Shown in pieces: positions 20,201-27,800 of a stretch of DNA of 64,000 bases (position 1 is its first letter; every line of letters begins with the position of its first letter). The stretch is from Myxococcales bacterium. GTDB lineage: Bacteria > Myxococcota_A > Bradymonadia > UBA7976 > UBA1532. The notes beneath the pieces were generated by a model, which worked only from the letters and a program-made list of their open reading frames with translations, was not told the origin of the DNA and made no database searches. Made by a program: the position numbers and the translations under genes. Where the stretch lies: positions 21,701-85,700 of the forward strand of contig SHZC01000001.1 in NCBI GenBank assembly GCA_009692505.1. The letters run 5' to 3'.

Positions 20201-23153
20201 CGACGCCATCCGTCTCGTGCTCAAGGATGACATCGAGCACGCTGATGAGCTTGCGATGTTCACCTGCAGCCTCGTAGATGGGCTCAAGGGCGCGAGCACC
20301 CACGAGATTGCGGGGCTCGATTTGGAGGATGCGCTCGAGGGCCCGAACGCTCTTGTCCTTTTGGCCCAGGTGCTCATCGAAGATCGTCGCGGTCCGGAAG
20401 AGCAGGTCAATCTTGGTCGCGTCGTCCTTCTGCAAGGCGACCTGTCCGTCGAGCAGCCGAACGAGCTCGTCCCACTTGCCCCGATTGCCGAAGAAGGCCG
20501 ACAGGCCATCCCAGTCTCCGAGCTCGATGATGGCCTTTTTCAGGCTCTCACCCGCGCGCCGGTGCTCCGGATCCAGCTCAAGCAGCCGACGCCAGACGGC
20601 GACACAGCCCTCGCGATCACCGAGCCGGTCCTGCAGCGCGATACCGGCCCGCTGCAGGAGGTCGACGCGCTCCGTGTCGTCGGTGGCTGCGTCGACGAGC
20701 GCCGTCGCAACTTCCACCATCTTGTCGAAGATCTTCTCGGACTCGTACAGCCCAACGAGCGCCCGCAGGGCATCCACATCGTGGGGCGCCAGGACAATGA
20801 CCTGCTCCCAGAGCTGGAGCGAGATGGCCGGTCGCCGAATCTTCTTGGTGGCGCTGTCGGCGATCACCTTGTAGTTCGCTGCGCGTTGCTGGAGGTCGGG
20901 CTCCGAGTCGGCGAGCTGCCGCTGAACGGCCACGAGCTTCTCCCACTCGCGGCGCTTCTCGTACATCTCCTGGAGGGCCTCGATCGCGACCCGATTTCCC
21001 GTGTCCTCTGAGAGCACGGCCTCATAGGATCTGATGGCCTCGGCCTGATTGCGAAATTTGTCGAGGTAGAGGTGCGCGATGCGAAGGTTGAGCGTGACCC
21101 GATCGTCGATGTTTTGAGCAGCAGCAGCCTGCGTCTGGATGAGCGCGACGAGCTCCGGCCACCGGCGCATCGCCTCGTACTTCTCGGCGAGCGCGCGCTG
21201 GGCGTCGGCATCGTCAGGCTCGAGCGACAGCACCTGCGACCAGAGCTGTACGACCATCGCGTCGAGGTTCAGATGCTGGCTGTAGATCGAGATGAGCCCC
21301 TTCATGGCTTCGACCTTCCGTCCGGACTCGCGGTCGGAGATCTCCTCGACGATGAGCTTCTGGATGTCGACGTAGGCGTTCCACTTCTGCTGTTCCGCAT
21401 AGAGCCGCAGGAGCGCCTTGCGCGCATCGGGATCAGCCTTGTCCGCGAGATGGACCTGTCGCCAGAAGTCCGTGGACTTATCAGCCTCGTTGCTCCGGTC
21501 CTCGGCCAAGCGCGCCATGATGCGCAGGGCTGCGGTCCGATTGTCGGCGCTGTCACCGCCAGCCGCTTCCACGAGCATCTGTTGGACGTTTCGCCACTTG
21601 CCCGTCTCGACGAGCCGCTGAATCTGCCACTCCCTGGCATCCGGGTCCTCGCCGGCGTGCTTGGCGAGCTCACGTAGCTTGAAGTCGGCGGTCTTGCCCT
21701 CGTCGAGGTGGGCCGCACCGAACAGGATTCGTTCCCCTTGAAGCGCGAACTTCTTGCCACCCGCGTCCGCCGCAATCAGGGCATCGAGGCCGGCCGCAAT
21801 CTTCTGCTTGTTGGCGAGGCTGCTCGTCAGTAGGCGACCGACGCGAGCGTAGAGGTCAATGGAACCGGGCTGCGCACCCGCGGCCTCCAGGTAGGCCCCG
21901 ATGAAGGCGTCGTCATCGGAAGAAGCTACGGCCCACTGAGCGAGTGCTTCGAGCCCACTCGACCGATCACCTGTCGCCGCCCGAGCACGTATGGAATCAA
22001 GGCGCGCCTCGCGATCACCCTCGCTCTCGGCCTCGACGGCCACTTTCACGGCCGCTTCCACGGCCACTTCCACGGCCACTTCCACGGCCACTTCCACGGC
22101 CACTTCCACGGCCACCGGGGACGTGGTCTCGGGCTCGGCTGGCAAAGCCACGTCCGCCACGACGTCGATGACCTCTGCCATCGGATCGGTCATGCCGTCG
22201 TCAAAGACAACCCGCTCAGCGGCCGTCACGCCCTCGGCCTCCACCGAGAACCAGACGCCCTCCGTGCTCTCGCTCGTGTGGGCGAGTGGGGTCTCCTCGG
22301 CGGCCGCATCCTGGCTCGCAGGCTCGTCGCTCACGGCCTCTTCGCTCACGGGCTCTGCGCTCACGGCCTCTGCGCTCGCGGGCTCCAGACTCGTCTCGCT
22401 CTGGGCGTCGACCGGGCCGCCGAGTTCAGCCAGGGTCCCGCGGGCATCCTCGTCCTCGGGACGCAGCTCGAGGTACCGAGTAAAGCACTGCCTGGCCATC
22501 TCGCGCTGGTCGAGATCGTAGAGAAGGACGTTACCGAGCTCGTGAAAAATCTCGGCTTGGCGGTCAGCGTCTTCGACGCTCTGCAACTCCAGATCGAGGA
22601 GCTGTGCGACCATGTCCCAGTTGCCGATCTGCCGATAGATCCGCCGGGCCGCATAGAGGGCCCGCAGACATCGATGATCGCACTGAAACGCGGCCTGATA
22701 GCAGACCATCGCGCGTTCCTGGTCGGTCAGCCGCTCCTCGAGCACCTCGCCGACCTCATAAATGAGCTCGGCGCGCTCGAGGGCGTCCTCGATCCGACTC
22801 GCTAGTGCCTCGCCGACCTGAACGAAGCCCTCCCAGTCCTCGAGGTCACGCAAGAGCGCGCCCATCCGGGACAGGGTCGGGCGCGCGTCTGGGTCGCCCT
22901 CGACGGAGGCGCCGTAGATCTGTACGGCGCGGGTCTTGTCTCCAAGGCGCTCGTCGGCGACTTGGCCCGCTCGCCGGAGAAAGCTCGAGGTCGCGGGCTG
23001 GTCGCCGGCGGACTGCCCGAGGTGCACATAAAGGTCGACCAGATGGCCCCACTGCTCATCGGCGTGGAGCAGGCCCTCCAGCTCGGTGGCTGCATGGGCG
23101 TTGTTGGGGTCCTGGACCACCACATCGAAGAGCTCGCGCAATCGCTCGTTCAT
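11217..23153 (-). CDS. Giant (~3,978 aa) TPR protein, AgmK/GltI-like
   Basis: Dozens of TPR-like repeats ('ALEALERLY...W..L...L', 'AIE.YR..L..DP') and C-terminal 'ELVLYALSENYFKLRKALG' typical of myxobacterial AgmK-type proteins; lies downstream of gltG; ATG 23153. Confidence 0.8.
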   Translation of the reverse strand: MNERLRELFDVVVQDPNNAHAATELEGLLHADEQWGHLVDLYVHLGQSAGDQPATSSFLRRAGQVADERLGDKTRAVQIYGASVEGDPDARPTLSRMGALLRDLEDWEGFVQVGEALASRIEDALERAELIYEVGEVLEERLTDQERAMVCYQAAFQCDHRCLRALYAARRIYRQIGNWDMVAQLLDLELQSVEDADRQAEIFHELGNVLLYDLDQREMARQCFTRYLELRPEDEDARGTLAELGGPVDAQSETSLEPASAEAVSAEPVSEEAVSDEPASQDAAAEETPLAHTSESTEGVWFSVEAEGVTAAERVVFDDGMTDPMAEVIDVVADVALPAEPETTSPVAVEVAVEVAVEVAVEVAVEAAVKVAVEAESEGDREARLDSIRARAATGDRSSGLEALAQWAVASSDDDAFIGAYLEAAGAQPGSIDLYARVGRLLTSSLANKQKIAAGLDALIAADAGGKKFALQGERILFGAAHLDEGKTADFKLRELAKHAGEDPDAREWQIQRLVETGKWRNVQQMLVEAAGGDSADNRTAALRIMARLAEDRSNEADKSTDFWRQVHLADKADPDARKALLRLYAEQQKWNAYVDIQKLIVEEISDRESGRKVEAMKGLISIYSQHLNLDAMVVQLWSQVLSLEPDDADAQRALAEKYEAMRRWPELVALIQTQAAAAQNIDDRVTLNLRIAHLYLDKFRNQAEAIRSYEAVLSEDTGNRVAIEALQEMYEKRREWEKLVAVQRQLADSEPDLQQRAANYKVIADSATKKIRRPAISLQLWEQVIVLAPHDVDALRALVGLYESEKIFDKMVEVATALVDAATDDTERVDLLQRAGIALQDRLGDREGCVAVWRRLLELDPEHRRAGESLKKAIIELGDWDGLSAFFGNRGKWDELVRLLDGQVALQKDDATKIDLLFRTATIFDEHLGQKDKSVRALERILQIEPRNLVGARALEPIYEAAGEHRKLISVLDVILEHETDGVERKLRMMRSARAQEQHLRNPDAAFESVRRVLNENPTDAEARAELERLGAVTGQWSTVHDDLVSALGAANDDQGARVELTLMLARLLDTQMGQPQDALSRYNDALSIDGENRVALDAVEALYTRSASWIDLLEVIDRKLALADSVEERKGLLRKQGSIFEEQLDDANSAIEKYRAIVGEDGSDREALQSLHRLFESLERFEDLHDVLGQELRLAVSSGEGDLLAFKLQIGLVDLNALGRTNEAIEVFKDVLHAEPRHAAARAALEGLLSDGASRAQVSRILEPIYEHQGEWTGLVRVLEIELEDTDELEKRLVLLERIGSLQASRIGDVDAAFDAFARALTEQPQNVTAIGRLTELAQVGQKFGELSSLIEAILPDVGDDGLRRGHLSRLAGIYEEQLDDAGNAIDAHNRVLAIEPANQVSINALERLYLRTESFEDLLLILRRKVELSEDPAGRQGLLFNIGELLENRLGDTSEAIVTHREILEADASNLRALQVLDRLYAQTGAWAELADVLERQLAIATDVGAQTALRVRLGALSEGELGDVQQAIGVYESVLSAEAANAAALSALERLSAEGNFQSRIADILEPIYRAQDEWQKLIGVYEIQREHAAEGSRQVALLHRIAELYQSRGGAPDDAFRTYARAFAVQPANAKTLAELHRISEALESYSDLAAVYESEVDDISDVVVAIDIHKRVARVQWLQLRDLEGARRHFEAALGADDTDLECIGALEDIYFQTEQWNELVAVLLQKSELTEEIEPKKELLFRICALFEEMIGDPQRAVEIFCAILKIDEVDARALDALERIYLALGQWEDLLEVLHRKSALTSDLAARKDIYYVIGAAYERELDDLKGAVETYQKVLSWDAQDLTSLQCLDRLYGRLESWPELLAILEREVAVVGEPELQIALHHRIAHLYDSALDQVAQAVEGYAAILIEVASHEPSLQALEALIKNDREARAAASVLEPIFTASGAWDRLIGAWKSLIEVTTVVDARTALQMQVGAAFEDMLADGERAFEAYADAFREDVTHEPAVVALERVARSSDLFGALVGLIEEQLGKIHSDDVSRDLYLRVGRLYEEEIGQNLEAIENYRKVLEFEAEHEGAILALDRLYQKEGLWAELAEVLRVEVTKAEQAAERIPLLLRLGGLYETALDDVPQAIACYKDVLLDEAEQRDAVLALVRLFDANHEQPQIGLILEPLYVKRADWVRLHGLLEALLVHQNPGDDRMQHLHRLAELCLESLSDESRAFDWYALALEETPEDEEARKALGRLAQATSRFDDLVVTYNKVLHQTQDVELMRSLSHEMATVFRERLSDDESAERMYQYALEIDPVDAAALLGLDELFATAHRWPDLVNVLRREIGATYDEAQLLSYMFRLGQVYETYLAELDLAVDQYRGIIEQAPHHAEALSRLEQIYLAREEWEPLFDVYNRQAEVAEGESIQADLYARQARIASERLSRPDDAIDLWNKVLDLKGEDSEALAALETLHEQQERWRELVDVCDRQVTLLDNDVAREIELYGKLGRVWGDYLDRERNALENWQKVLQRAPDNEAALWAVRGLHERTAEFSELARIDHRLLEILPNGDERRIELHRQLGELYQKSLEDPTEAIRAWSNVLSQAPADDDAIDALEALYTAAEDWRSCVEVLDRKADNTSDVFDRVSILFRVAEMWEKNIGESEGAKRAYAQIIELQPSNLDASNELERLYTAEMQWEDLVNLLLVRLEHTTDSFERAELFRKTAQTFESRLDSVDNAFLVLSKAFEETRDDEAIGAELERLAGLGDKWDDLVSLYEGVIQTIGSTREAVPLRLRVAALYDRELQTPEHAGTHYQHVLAAEPDNVRALASLESLLERYNKWPEVVAVLSRRAQLSHEPDERKQALEKMARILEYRLENPDGAIDAWRQVLAIDDTELPTLEALERLYATRERWQDLVQILGRQAQVIYESARIVETHLRIGELWEGRLGSPERAIEAYRTALSVDDRCLDAISALEKLYTAQDRWNDLLDVFEMMLNVRTEPAQQLAILGRIALIQEEELGDKASTIDTCRKMLTADATHAPAMRALERLYREREQWHDLADAYREHCAALVDPKAKIPVYTALAAIYRGPMGDVYAAIESLTPILEIDERHLATLTALGELFVQVEDWPNAIDALSREAHLQTDRATVLDRQYRVGKIYEDRVGDLDQAERWFKSALEHDPTYLNALKALKGLHERRAEWAEVVRTLKMIEASTRSFPEKSAALCEIGAVYDIQLGDKSTANDYYEQAMDMHPDNVVAAVPLVEVYMADSRWERAEPLLDLLLADRTKNNADIRELQQLNYKLGFVGEQLHKDEKALVHYKQAYELDSTHLPTLQGMGQLLFRREDWDRAFKIYQTILVHHRENLTGDDVVDVFYRQGQIKLKVGERRKALDFFRKALELSAQEDRVLRAVVDLHEKQGDWEDVIHYRRQLVQISTDAADRFQSLVTIGDIMREQLRNTRGAVDAYKEALSTQPDSRLVLGKLLDLYQEARQWADAVEILTKLAELERDLARQGKYYYTIGVIQRDELKDNFSAVRTLDKALDADPGMLKAFQAIDQILTNDRDYERQDRYYRKMLKRAMEQKLEDSLVVSLARNLGEINRTRLKKYDEAIKAYRIALTKQPEDLQAHTIIAELYELNDEVDKAIAEHYRMIELNPRSIESYQQIRRLFMESGKYDEAWCVCQVLSYLGHANPDERAFFEKYRSKTLTQARKALDNEQWGLVYHPDLSLMLAHMCQRMYQYTVPLMAVQHKDLKLHKKKDLVDAAEQTPFNSVFNYVTQVTRLSRVEVFRLPDGGSGMITGNFNPPAVLVGGDVLTGRSLQELAFIVSKQLFMMGQHYYLATIDTTYERRKSRLSTIIYTVTKLVNPSAEVPFKDDGLLEAYRQIPPADLQEIAKIIAKMSENPAQHLNLSKWLEMVEHTSNRLGLLLSNDLGAAVRCLKNETSQFSKAPVQDRVRELVLYALSENYFKLRKALGLAIG
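22032..22115 (-). repeat. In-frame 12-bp tandem repeat (7 units encoding VAVE x5, AAVK, VAVE) in the acidic linker of the giant TPR gene
   Basis: Unit gtggccgtggaa on the minus strand. Confidence 0.9.
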
Positions 23154-23344
23154 CAACGTTTCTCTCTCAAACGGACGTGAACTGTTTTGCCGCGGGCCGC
23201 TCGCTTGCGAGACGTCCCCGACGATGACCGTGGATGCATTCCGGGCCAAAAAACGGCCGCCCCTCTTAGCACACGCGATCGAAACCGACAACGCGAACAG
23301 GAGCCGTTACAGGACCCATCGCGCGGAGGTCCGAAACGAAGGAT

Positions 23345-24211
23345 TCAGGGTGCCGGTGGCGCCGCCGCGCTTGCCTCGAGCTTGGCTACCGTGTCCTCGG
23401 CGGTGCGGACCCGCAGCGGATCCTCCCCGCCCGGTCGACGCCCCAAGTAGAGCTTGAGATTCTGAATCGCCATCTCGGCGTTGTCGTTGGCTAGGTAGGC
23501 CATGCCCAGATTAAAGAGCGCGCTCGTATAGTTGGGCTTCAGCTTCACCGCGGCCTGGAAGTTGGTGATCGCGTCGTCGTACCGCTGCTGGTTCTGATAG
23601 ATCACGCCGAGGTGGTGAAAGAGCTCCGGCTTCTCGGGGTTGTTCTCGATGCCGTTCTTGAACACCTGAATCGCCTGCGGATACTTCTCGAACCGGGCAT
23701 AGAGGTTGCCGAGCGTGTCATAGGGATCGGCGAAGCGCGGCTTCAGCTTGATCGCCTGAATGTATTCGTCCTGTGCCCGGTCGAACTTGGCCTGATTCTC
23801 CAGCGCGATGCCGAGCTGATAGTGGCTTTCGCCGTAGTCCGGCTTCTTTTGAATGGCCGTGTCGAGGGCGTTGATGGCTGGCCCCCACTGCTCAAGGCGG
23901 CAGAGCACCTTCCCCAAATGGTAGTGGTACTCATAGTCCTCCGGGTTGACCCGGATGGCCTCTTGGAGATCCTTGACGGCGGCATCGAGCTGCGTCGCTC
24001 GCTGGTACTTCAGCAAGGCGCGATAGAAGAAGACCCGGTCATTGGTCGGGTCCACGCTCGCAGCCTGGTTGAATACCGTGATGGCCGCAGCGGTATTGCC
24101 GCTCTGGAACTCACGGAGCGCATCGTTCATCAGCTTGATGGACTGATTGCGCTCGCGATTGCAGGCAGAAGCGGTGAGCAATAGGGCGAGGAATAATAAG
24201 GCCCGCTTCAT
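23345..24211 (-). CDS. TPR-repeat lipoprotein (Tgl/PilF-like architecture)
   Basis: Signal MKRALLFLALLLTASAC with lipobox and about 7 TPRs (e.g. 'ALFNLGMAY'). Confidence 0.85.
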   Translation of the reverse strand: MKRALLFLALLLTASACNRERNQSIKLMNDALREFQSGNTAAAITVFNQAASVDPTNDRVFFYRALLKYQRATQLDAAVKDLQEAIRVNPEDYEYHYHLGKVLCRLEQWGPAINALDTAIQKKPDYGESHYQLGIALENQAKFDRAQDEYIQAIKLKPRFADPYDTLGNLYARFEKYPQAIQVFKNGIENNPEKPELFHHLGVIYQNQQRYDDAITNFQAAVKLKPNYTSALFNLGMAYLANDNAEMAIQNLKLYLGRRPGGEDPLRVRTAEDTVAKLEASAAAPPAP

Positions 24212-24288
24212 GGGTGGGACCCTTCAGCGAAAGGTGAGGTGGCGTCGACCTAGCACCATGGCCCGAGTCGGTCAAGCACCGCATTCAG

Positions 24289-24322
24289 AAGACAGCCACC
24301 CAACCGTGTGGGAGGCCGTCTT
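24289..24322 (-). terminator. Stem-loop immediately after gltG (terminator or mRNA-stabilising hairpin)
   Basis: aagacggcctccca-cacggt-tgggtggctgtctt; weak U-tract. Confidence 0.4.
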
Positions 24323-24326
24323 GACC

Positions 24327-26135
24327 TCAGCTCGCCTTGAAGACGAAGGGGTAGGTGACGATGACGATGCCGCCGCCCTTTGGCTCCGGGAACACCCAGC
24401 GGCGAATCTTGTCCACCAGGCAGGTCTCGGTCTCACGATCGCCCATGGTGGTCTCGAGGACCATCGCGGCGATGACACTGCCGTTGCCGGAGATGGTGAA
24501 CTTCACCGAGATCTTCCCGGCGAGGTCACGCTTCACGTTGAGCTGCTTCTCGTAGCAGTACTTATACTCGGCCTGATGCTGACGGATGATCCGCCGGATG
24601 GTCTCCATGTCGAGCGAGCCGCTGACGATAGGCTTGCCCGGGATGACCTGCGGGACCTTGCCGCTGCGCTCGCCATATCGCGACACGCCACGACCGTATC
24701 CAGCCCCGCCTTCACCGGCCCCACGGCCCATCGTGCCCATGTTGCCAACCCCGATCGACGTCTCACCAAATCCACCGCCCCCACGGCCCGCGCCGGCGAC
24801 GCCTAAGCCGCCAAAGCCGCTCGCCTCTCCGACCTGCGCCCCGAACATATTACCCAAGGCGCTGACCGCATCGGCACCGAGCGCCCGCTCCTGATTACCC
24901 CAGACCGCACTCATCTCGCCCTCGAGCTGCGCGAAGGCCGCGTTGGCCGTATTGAGCGCCTCCATCTTGGCGCGCTCCTTGGCCAGCTGAATCTCCTTCT
25001 GATCCGGCGGGCCCTTGATGGCGAAGCGCTGGTTCTCCTTATCGCTGTCCTTCTTACCCAGCTTGCCTTCGTCTTCTTTGGCCTTTGCCGCGGCCTCGCC
25101 GTCGTCCTTCAGGTCTTTGAAGAGGTCATCAAGCTTGTCCTCCTTCTCGGACTCCGGCTTGAGCATAAACTCGACGAAGCGCTCCTGGAGGTCGAAGCCG
25201 TCGAGCGACAGTCGCCCGGCGTCTTCGGGCACGCTCAAGAGGATGGCACCGAAGACGAGGTGCAGAAGCGCGGCTGTCAGAAACCACCGGGTGAAGTGCC
25301 CGTCGAAGACCGAGGCCGTGGTCGCCGGGGGCAACGGACGGACCGCCGCGACCGAGCTCACCAGGACGGTCGAGTCGCCGAAGACCAAGCGTGCTCGAGC
25401 CTTTGGAGGCAGCCGAAGCGCGTGGCTTCGGGCAACGCTGCCACTCTTCTGAAGCTTCCCGGCGCTCTTCAGGTCCTCAAGGCTGTAGACGTTGCCTTCG
25501 AGCATGACGTCGCCGGTGACGCCATCCGGGATGTGCACCGTCATCTCGGCCCCGTCGGTGCGCGCAACCGGGAACGGATCCTCGGGGACGAGATCCCCGC
25601 GGATAAAGAACTGACAATCGTTCGACTGACCGATGTTGAAGACGCCTGCCTCATTCAGGTGGGCGACTTCGATGACCGTGTCGCCGAACATCGCCACGAC
25701 CTCGAGCGACCGACGCCCGTCCGAGTCGCTCTCGTCCTCATCGAAGTTCGGCGCAGGCCGCCGCTCAGCCGCGGGCCGCACCATCTGGGTCGCGACGTTG
25801 TTTTCGATGCTGTGCCGAGCTGAACTCTGACCGGAAACCGTCACGACGATCCGGTGCCGGCCCATCGTGATCTGATCGCCCGAGCGCAACTTCTGCTTGG
25901 TCACACGCTGGCCATTTACGAATGTGCCGGTCGTGCTGCCCAGGTCGAGGATGACAACGTCGTCCGCACCGCTCACTTCGATGACCGCGTGCATACGCGA
26001 AACATCATCATCGTCGATGCGGAGGTGGGACGAGGTCAGCTTCCCGATCTTGATCGTCGCTTCCGCGAGCACCTCGGTGCGCACGGCGCGGTCGCCGTCA
26101 AAGATCTCGAATTGAATCGGTATCTTGGTATCCAT
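24327..26135 (-). CDS. gltG: GltG/PglI-like protein: FHA domain, TM helix, TonB/TolA-like C-terminal domain
   Basis: FHA 'IKIGK...VSRMHAVIE...DLGSTTGTFVNG'; TM with conserved His (AALLHLVF); Gly-rich linker; C-terminal 'YCYEKQL...GKISVKFTI...FPEPKGGGIVIVTYPFVF'. Confidence 0.88.
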   Translation of the reverse strand: MDTKIPIQFEIFDGDRAVRTEVLAEATIKIGKLTSSHLRIDDDDVSRMHAVIEVSGADDVVILDLGSTTGTFVNGQRVTKQKLRSGDQITMGRHRIVVTVSGQSSARHSIENNVATQMVRPAAERRPAPNFDEDESDSDGRRSLEVVAMFGDTVIEVAHLNEAGVFNIGQSNDCQFFIRGDLVPEDPFPVARTDGAEMTVHIPDGVTGDVMLEGNVYSLEDLKSAGKLQKSGSVARSHALRLPPKARARLVFGDSTVLVSSVAAVRPLPPATTASVFDGHFTRWFLTAALLHLVFGAILLSVPEDAGRLSLDGFDLQERFVEFMLKPESEKEDKLDDLFKDLKDDGEAAAKAKEDEGKLGKKDSDKENQRFAIKGPPDQKEIQLAKERAKMEALNTANAAFAQLEGEMSAVWGNQERALGADAVSALGNMFGAQVGEASGFGGLGVAGAGRGGGGFGETSIGVGNMGTMGRGAGEGGAGYGRGVSRYGERSGKVPQVIPGKPIVSGSLDMETIRRIIRQHQAEYKYCYEKQLNVKRDLAGKISVKFTISGNGSVIAAMVLETTMGDRETETCLVDKIRRWVFPEPKGGGIVIVTYPFVFKAS

Positions 26136-26143
26136 AGTCGCTC

Positions 26144-26425
26144 TCAGATGTCCTCTGCTGACTTCAGCATCTCGGGCACGAAGGACTCGCGAATCTTGAT
26201 CAGGCTTGCGTGACGACTCGCCCGCCGCGCGTCCAAGAACTCGCCTTCAGGCCGGATGAATGAACCCTCGACGACGTCGTCTTCGAAGTCGTACACCGTC
26301 TCTTTTTTGTAAACGACGCTCGGGTCGTTCGGATCCTGCACCGTCTCGTTGCCGGCTTCTTGGGCGAACGCTGCCGGACTCAGACTCAGGACGGTGAGGA
26401 CAAATACAAGCCGCTTGACCATCAT
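26144..26425 (-). CDS. gltF: GltF/CglF-like small secreted protein
   Basis: Signal peptide AFA-Q; 'VYDFEDDVVEG...PEG...SLIKIRESFVPEMLKSAEDI' signature; located between gltE and gltG. Confidence 0.88.
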   Translation of the reverse strand: MMVKRLVFVLTVLSLSPAAFAQEAGNETVQDPNDPSVVYKKETVYDFEDDVVEGSFIRPEGEFLDARRASRHASLIKIRESFVPEMLKSAEDI

Positions 26426-26498
26426 GGCGCTCTCCGGACGGGCGACAGGCCCGCACAACTCATTGGACCGCGATTCGCGAACAAAGTTCCAAGAAAGT

Positions 26499-27800
26499 TC
26501 AAGGGACGGGCTCGGTGGGCGTCTCGGCCGCAGAGGGCGCGGCGGGCGCGCTCGGCGTCTCGGGGGCCGCAGGTGTCTCAGCGGACGGCGGGGGCGGCGG
26601 CGGGGCCAAGCGATCCTGTTCGGCCTGCGCCTTCATCATCGCCTCGGCCTCGCGCTGATTCTGACTCTGAATCTGCACCTGCTTGATGCGCTCAGTCGCC
26701 TCCTTGCGGAGCTCCGCGTTGGCCTGCTCGAACCGCAACACGTTCTCGAAGCTCTTCTGGGCGTCGTCCAACTTCTGGAGGAACTCCTGATACAGGACGC
26801 CGAGGTTGAAGTGCGCCATGGCATTTCGCTCGTCTTGGGTGAGCAGGGCCTTGTAGCCCTTCTCCGCCTCCTCGAAGTTGCCCATGCCACGCGCCGCGAC
26901 GGCCTTGCCGAGTAGAGCGTCGGCGTTCTTGGGCTCGATCTTGATTACGGCGTCGAAGGCCCGATAGCTCGCCTCGTAGTCTTTGTAACCGAAGGTGATG
27001 GACCCGAGGTTGATTTGGGCGGCCACGAACTTGGGGTCCGACTCGATGGCCTTTTGGAATGAGGCCAAGGCCCGGGTGACGTCTCCGCCCCTCATGTGGA
27101 CGAGGCCGAGCAGGTTGTGGACAGCGGCGAGGTTGGGGCTGATCCCAATCGCCTGAAAGCAGACGAGCTTTGCCAGCTCATACTTGCCCATGTCGTAGTA
27201 CGTCCACGCGAGCACGACGTAAGCGTCGACGTTCTGACTGTCTTCCTGCAAAGCCGTCCGAACCCGCTTGACGGCGTCCGAGAAGTCCTTGCGGTTCTTC
27301 GCCCCAATGGCCAAGTTGAGGTGACCGTACCCATTGAGCGGCTCGGCGGCGACGGCCTGCTGGTACAGACCATCGGCCTCGCCTCGACGCCCCTCGCGCT
27401 GCATGAGGCCCCCAAGGTTGACGAGCCCGTCGCCGTACTTCGGGTTCTTCTCGAAGGACTTCTTGTACCAGTCCTTGGCGTCGTCGAGCCTGCCCTGCTC
27501 CTCGGCGAGCACGCCGAGATTGAAGTAGGCCTCGCCGAACTTCTCGTCCTCGTCGACGGCGTCTTTGAGCGAGGACTCGGCGCTCCCGTAGTCGCGCTTG
27601 GCGTAGGCGACGGACGCCTCATTGAAGGCCGCGGCGGCCTCCTTCTTGATCTTGGGTGCGGCGGTCTTGGTGGTGCCGGTCCCGTCGCCGGAGGTCTCGG
27701 TCTCCGATCCGCTCGACTCATCGGCCTTCGGAGGACTTCCACCACAGGCCGTCAGCCACGCACCCGTGGCCAGAACCAGACAAAAGCGCGGGGCCATCAC
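26499..27800 (-). CDS. gltE: GltE/AglT-like TPR lipoprotein
   Basis: Lipobox LTAC, TPR array, Pro/Ala-rich tail; GTGA overlap with gltD. Confidence 0.8.
   Translation of the reverse strand: MMAPRFCLVLATGAWLTACGGSPPKADESSGSETETSGDGTGTTKTAAPKIKKEAAAAFNEASVAYAKRDYGSAESSLKDAVDEDEKFGEAYFNLGVLAEEQGRLDDAKDWYKKSFEKNPKYGDGLVNLGGLMQREGRRGEADGLYQQAVAAEPLNGYGHLNLAIGAKNRKDFSDAVKRVRTALQEDSQNVDAYVVLAWTYYDMGKYELAKLVCFQAIGISPNLAAVHNLLGLVHMRGGDVTRALASFQKAIESDPKFVAAQINLGSITFGYKDYEASYRAFDAVIKIEPKNADALLGKAVAARGMGNFEEAEKGYKALLTQDERNAMAHFNLGVLYQEFLQKLDDAQKSFENVLRFEQANAELRKEATERIKQVQIQSQNQREAEAMMKAQAEQDRLAPPPPPPSAETPAAPETPSAPAAPSAAETPTEPVP

Noticed and set aside
13167-21011. Long plus-strand ORFs (744, 1280 and 525 aa) antisense to the giant TPR gene
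   Set aside because: Shadow ORFs from high-GC codon bias; no motifs, fully overlapping a well-supported gene
22032-22115. Short repeats as a possible CRISPR array
   Set aside because: Contiguous in-frame coding repeats with no spacers and no cas genes
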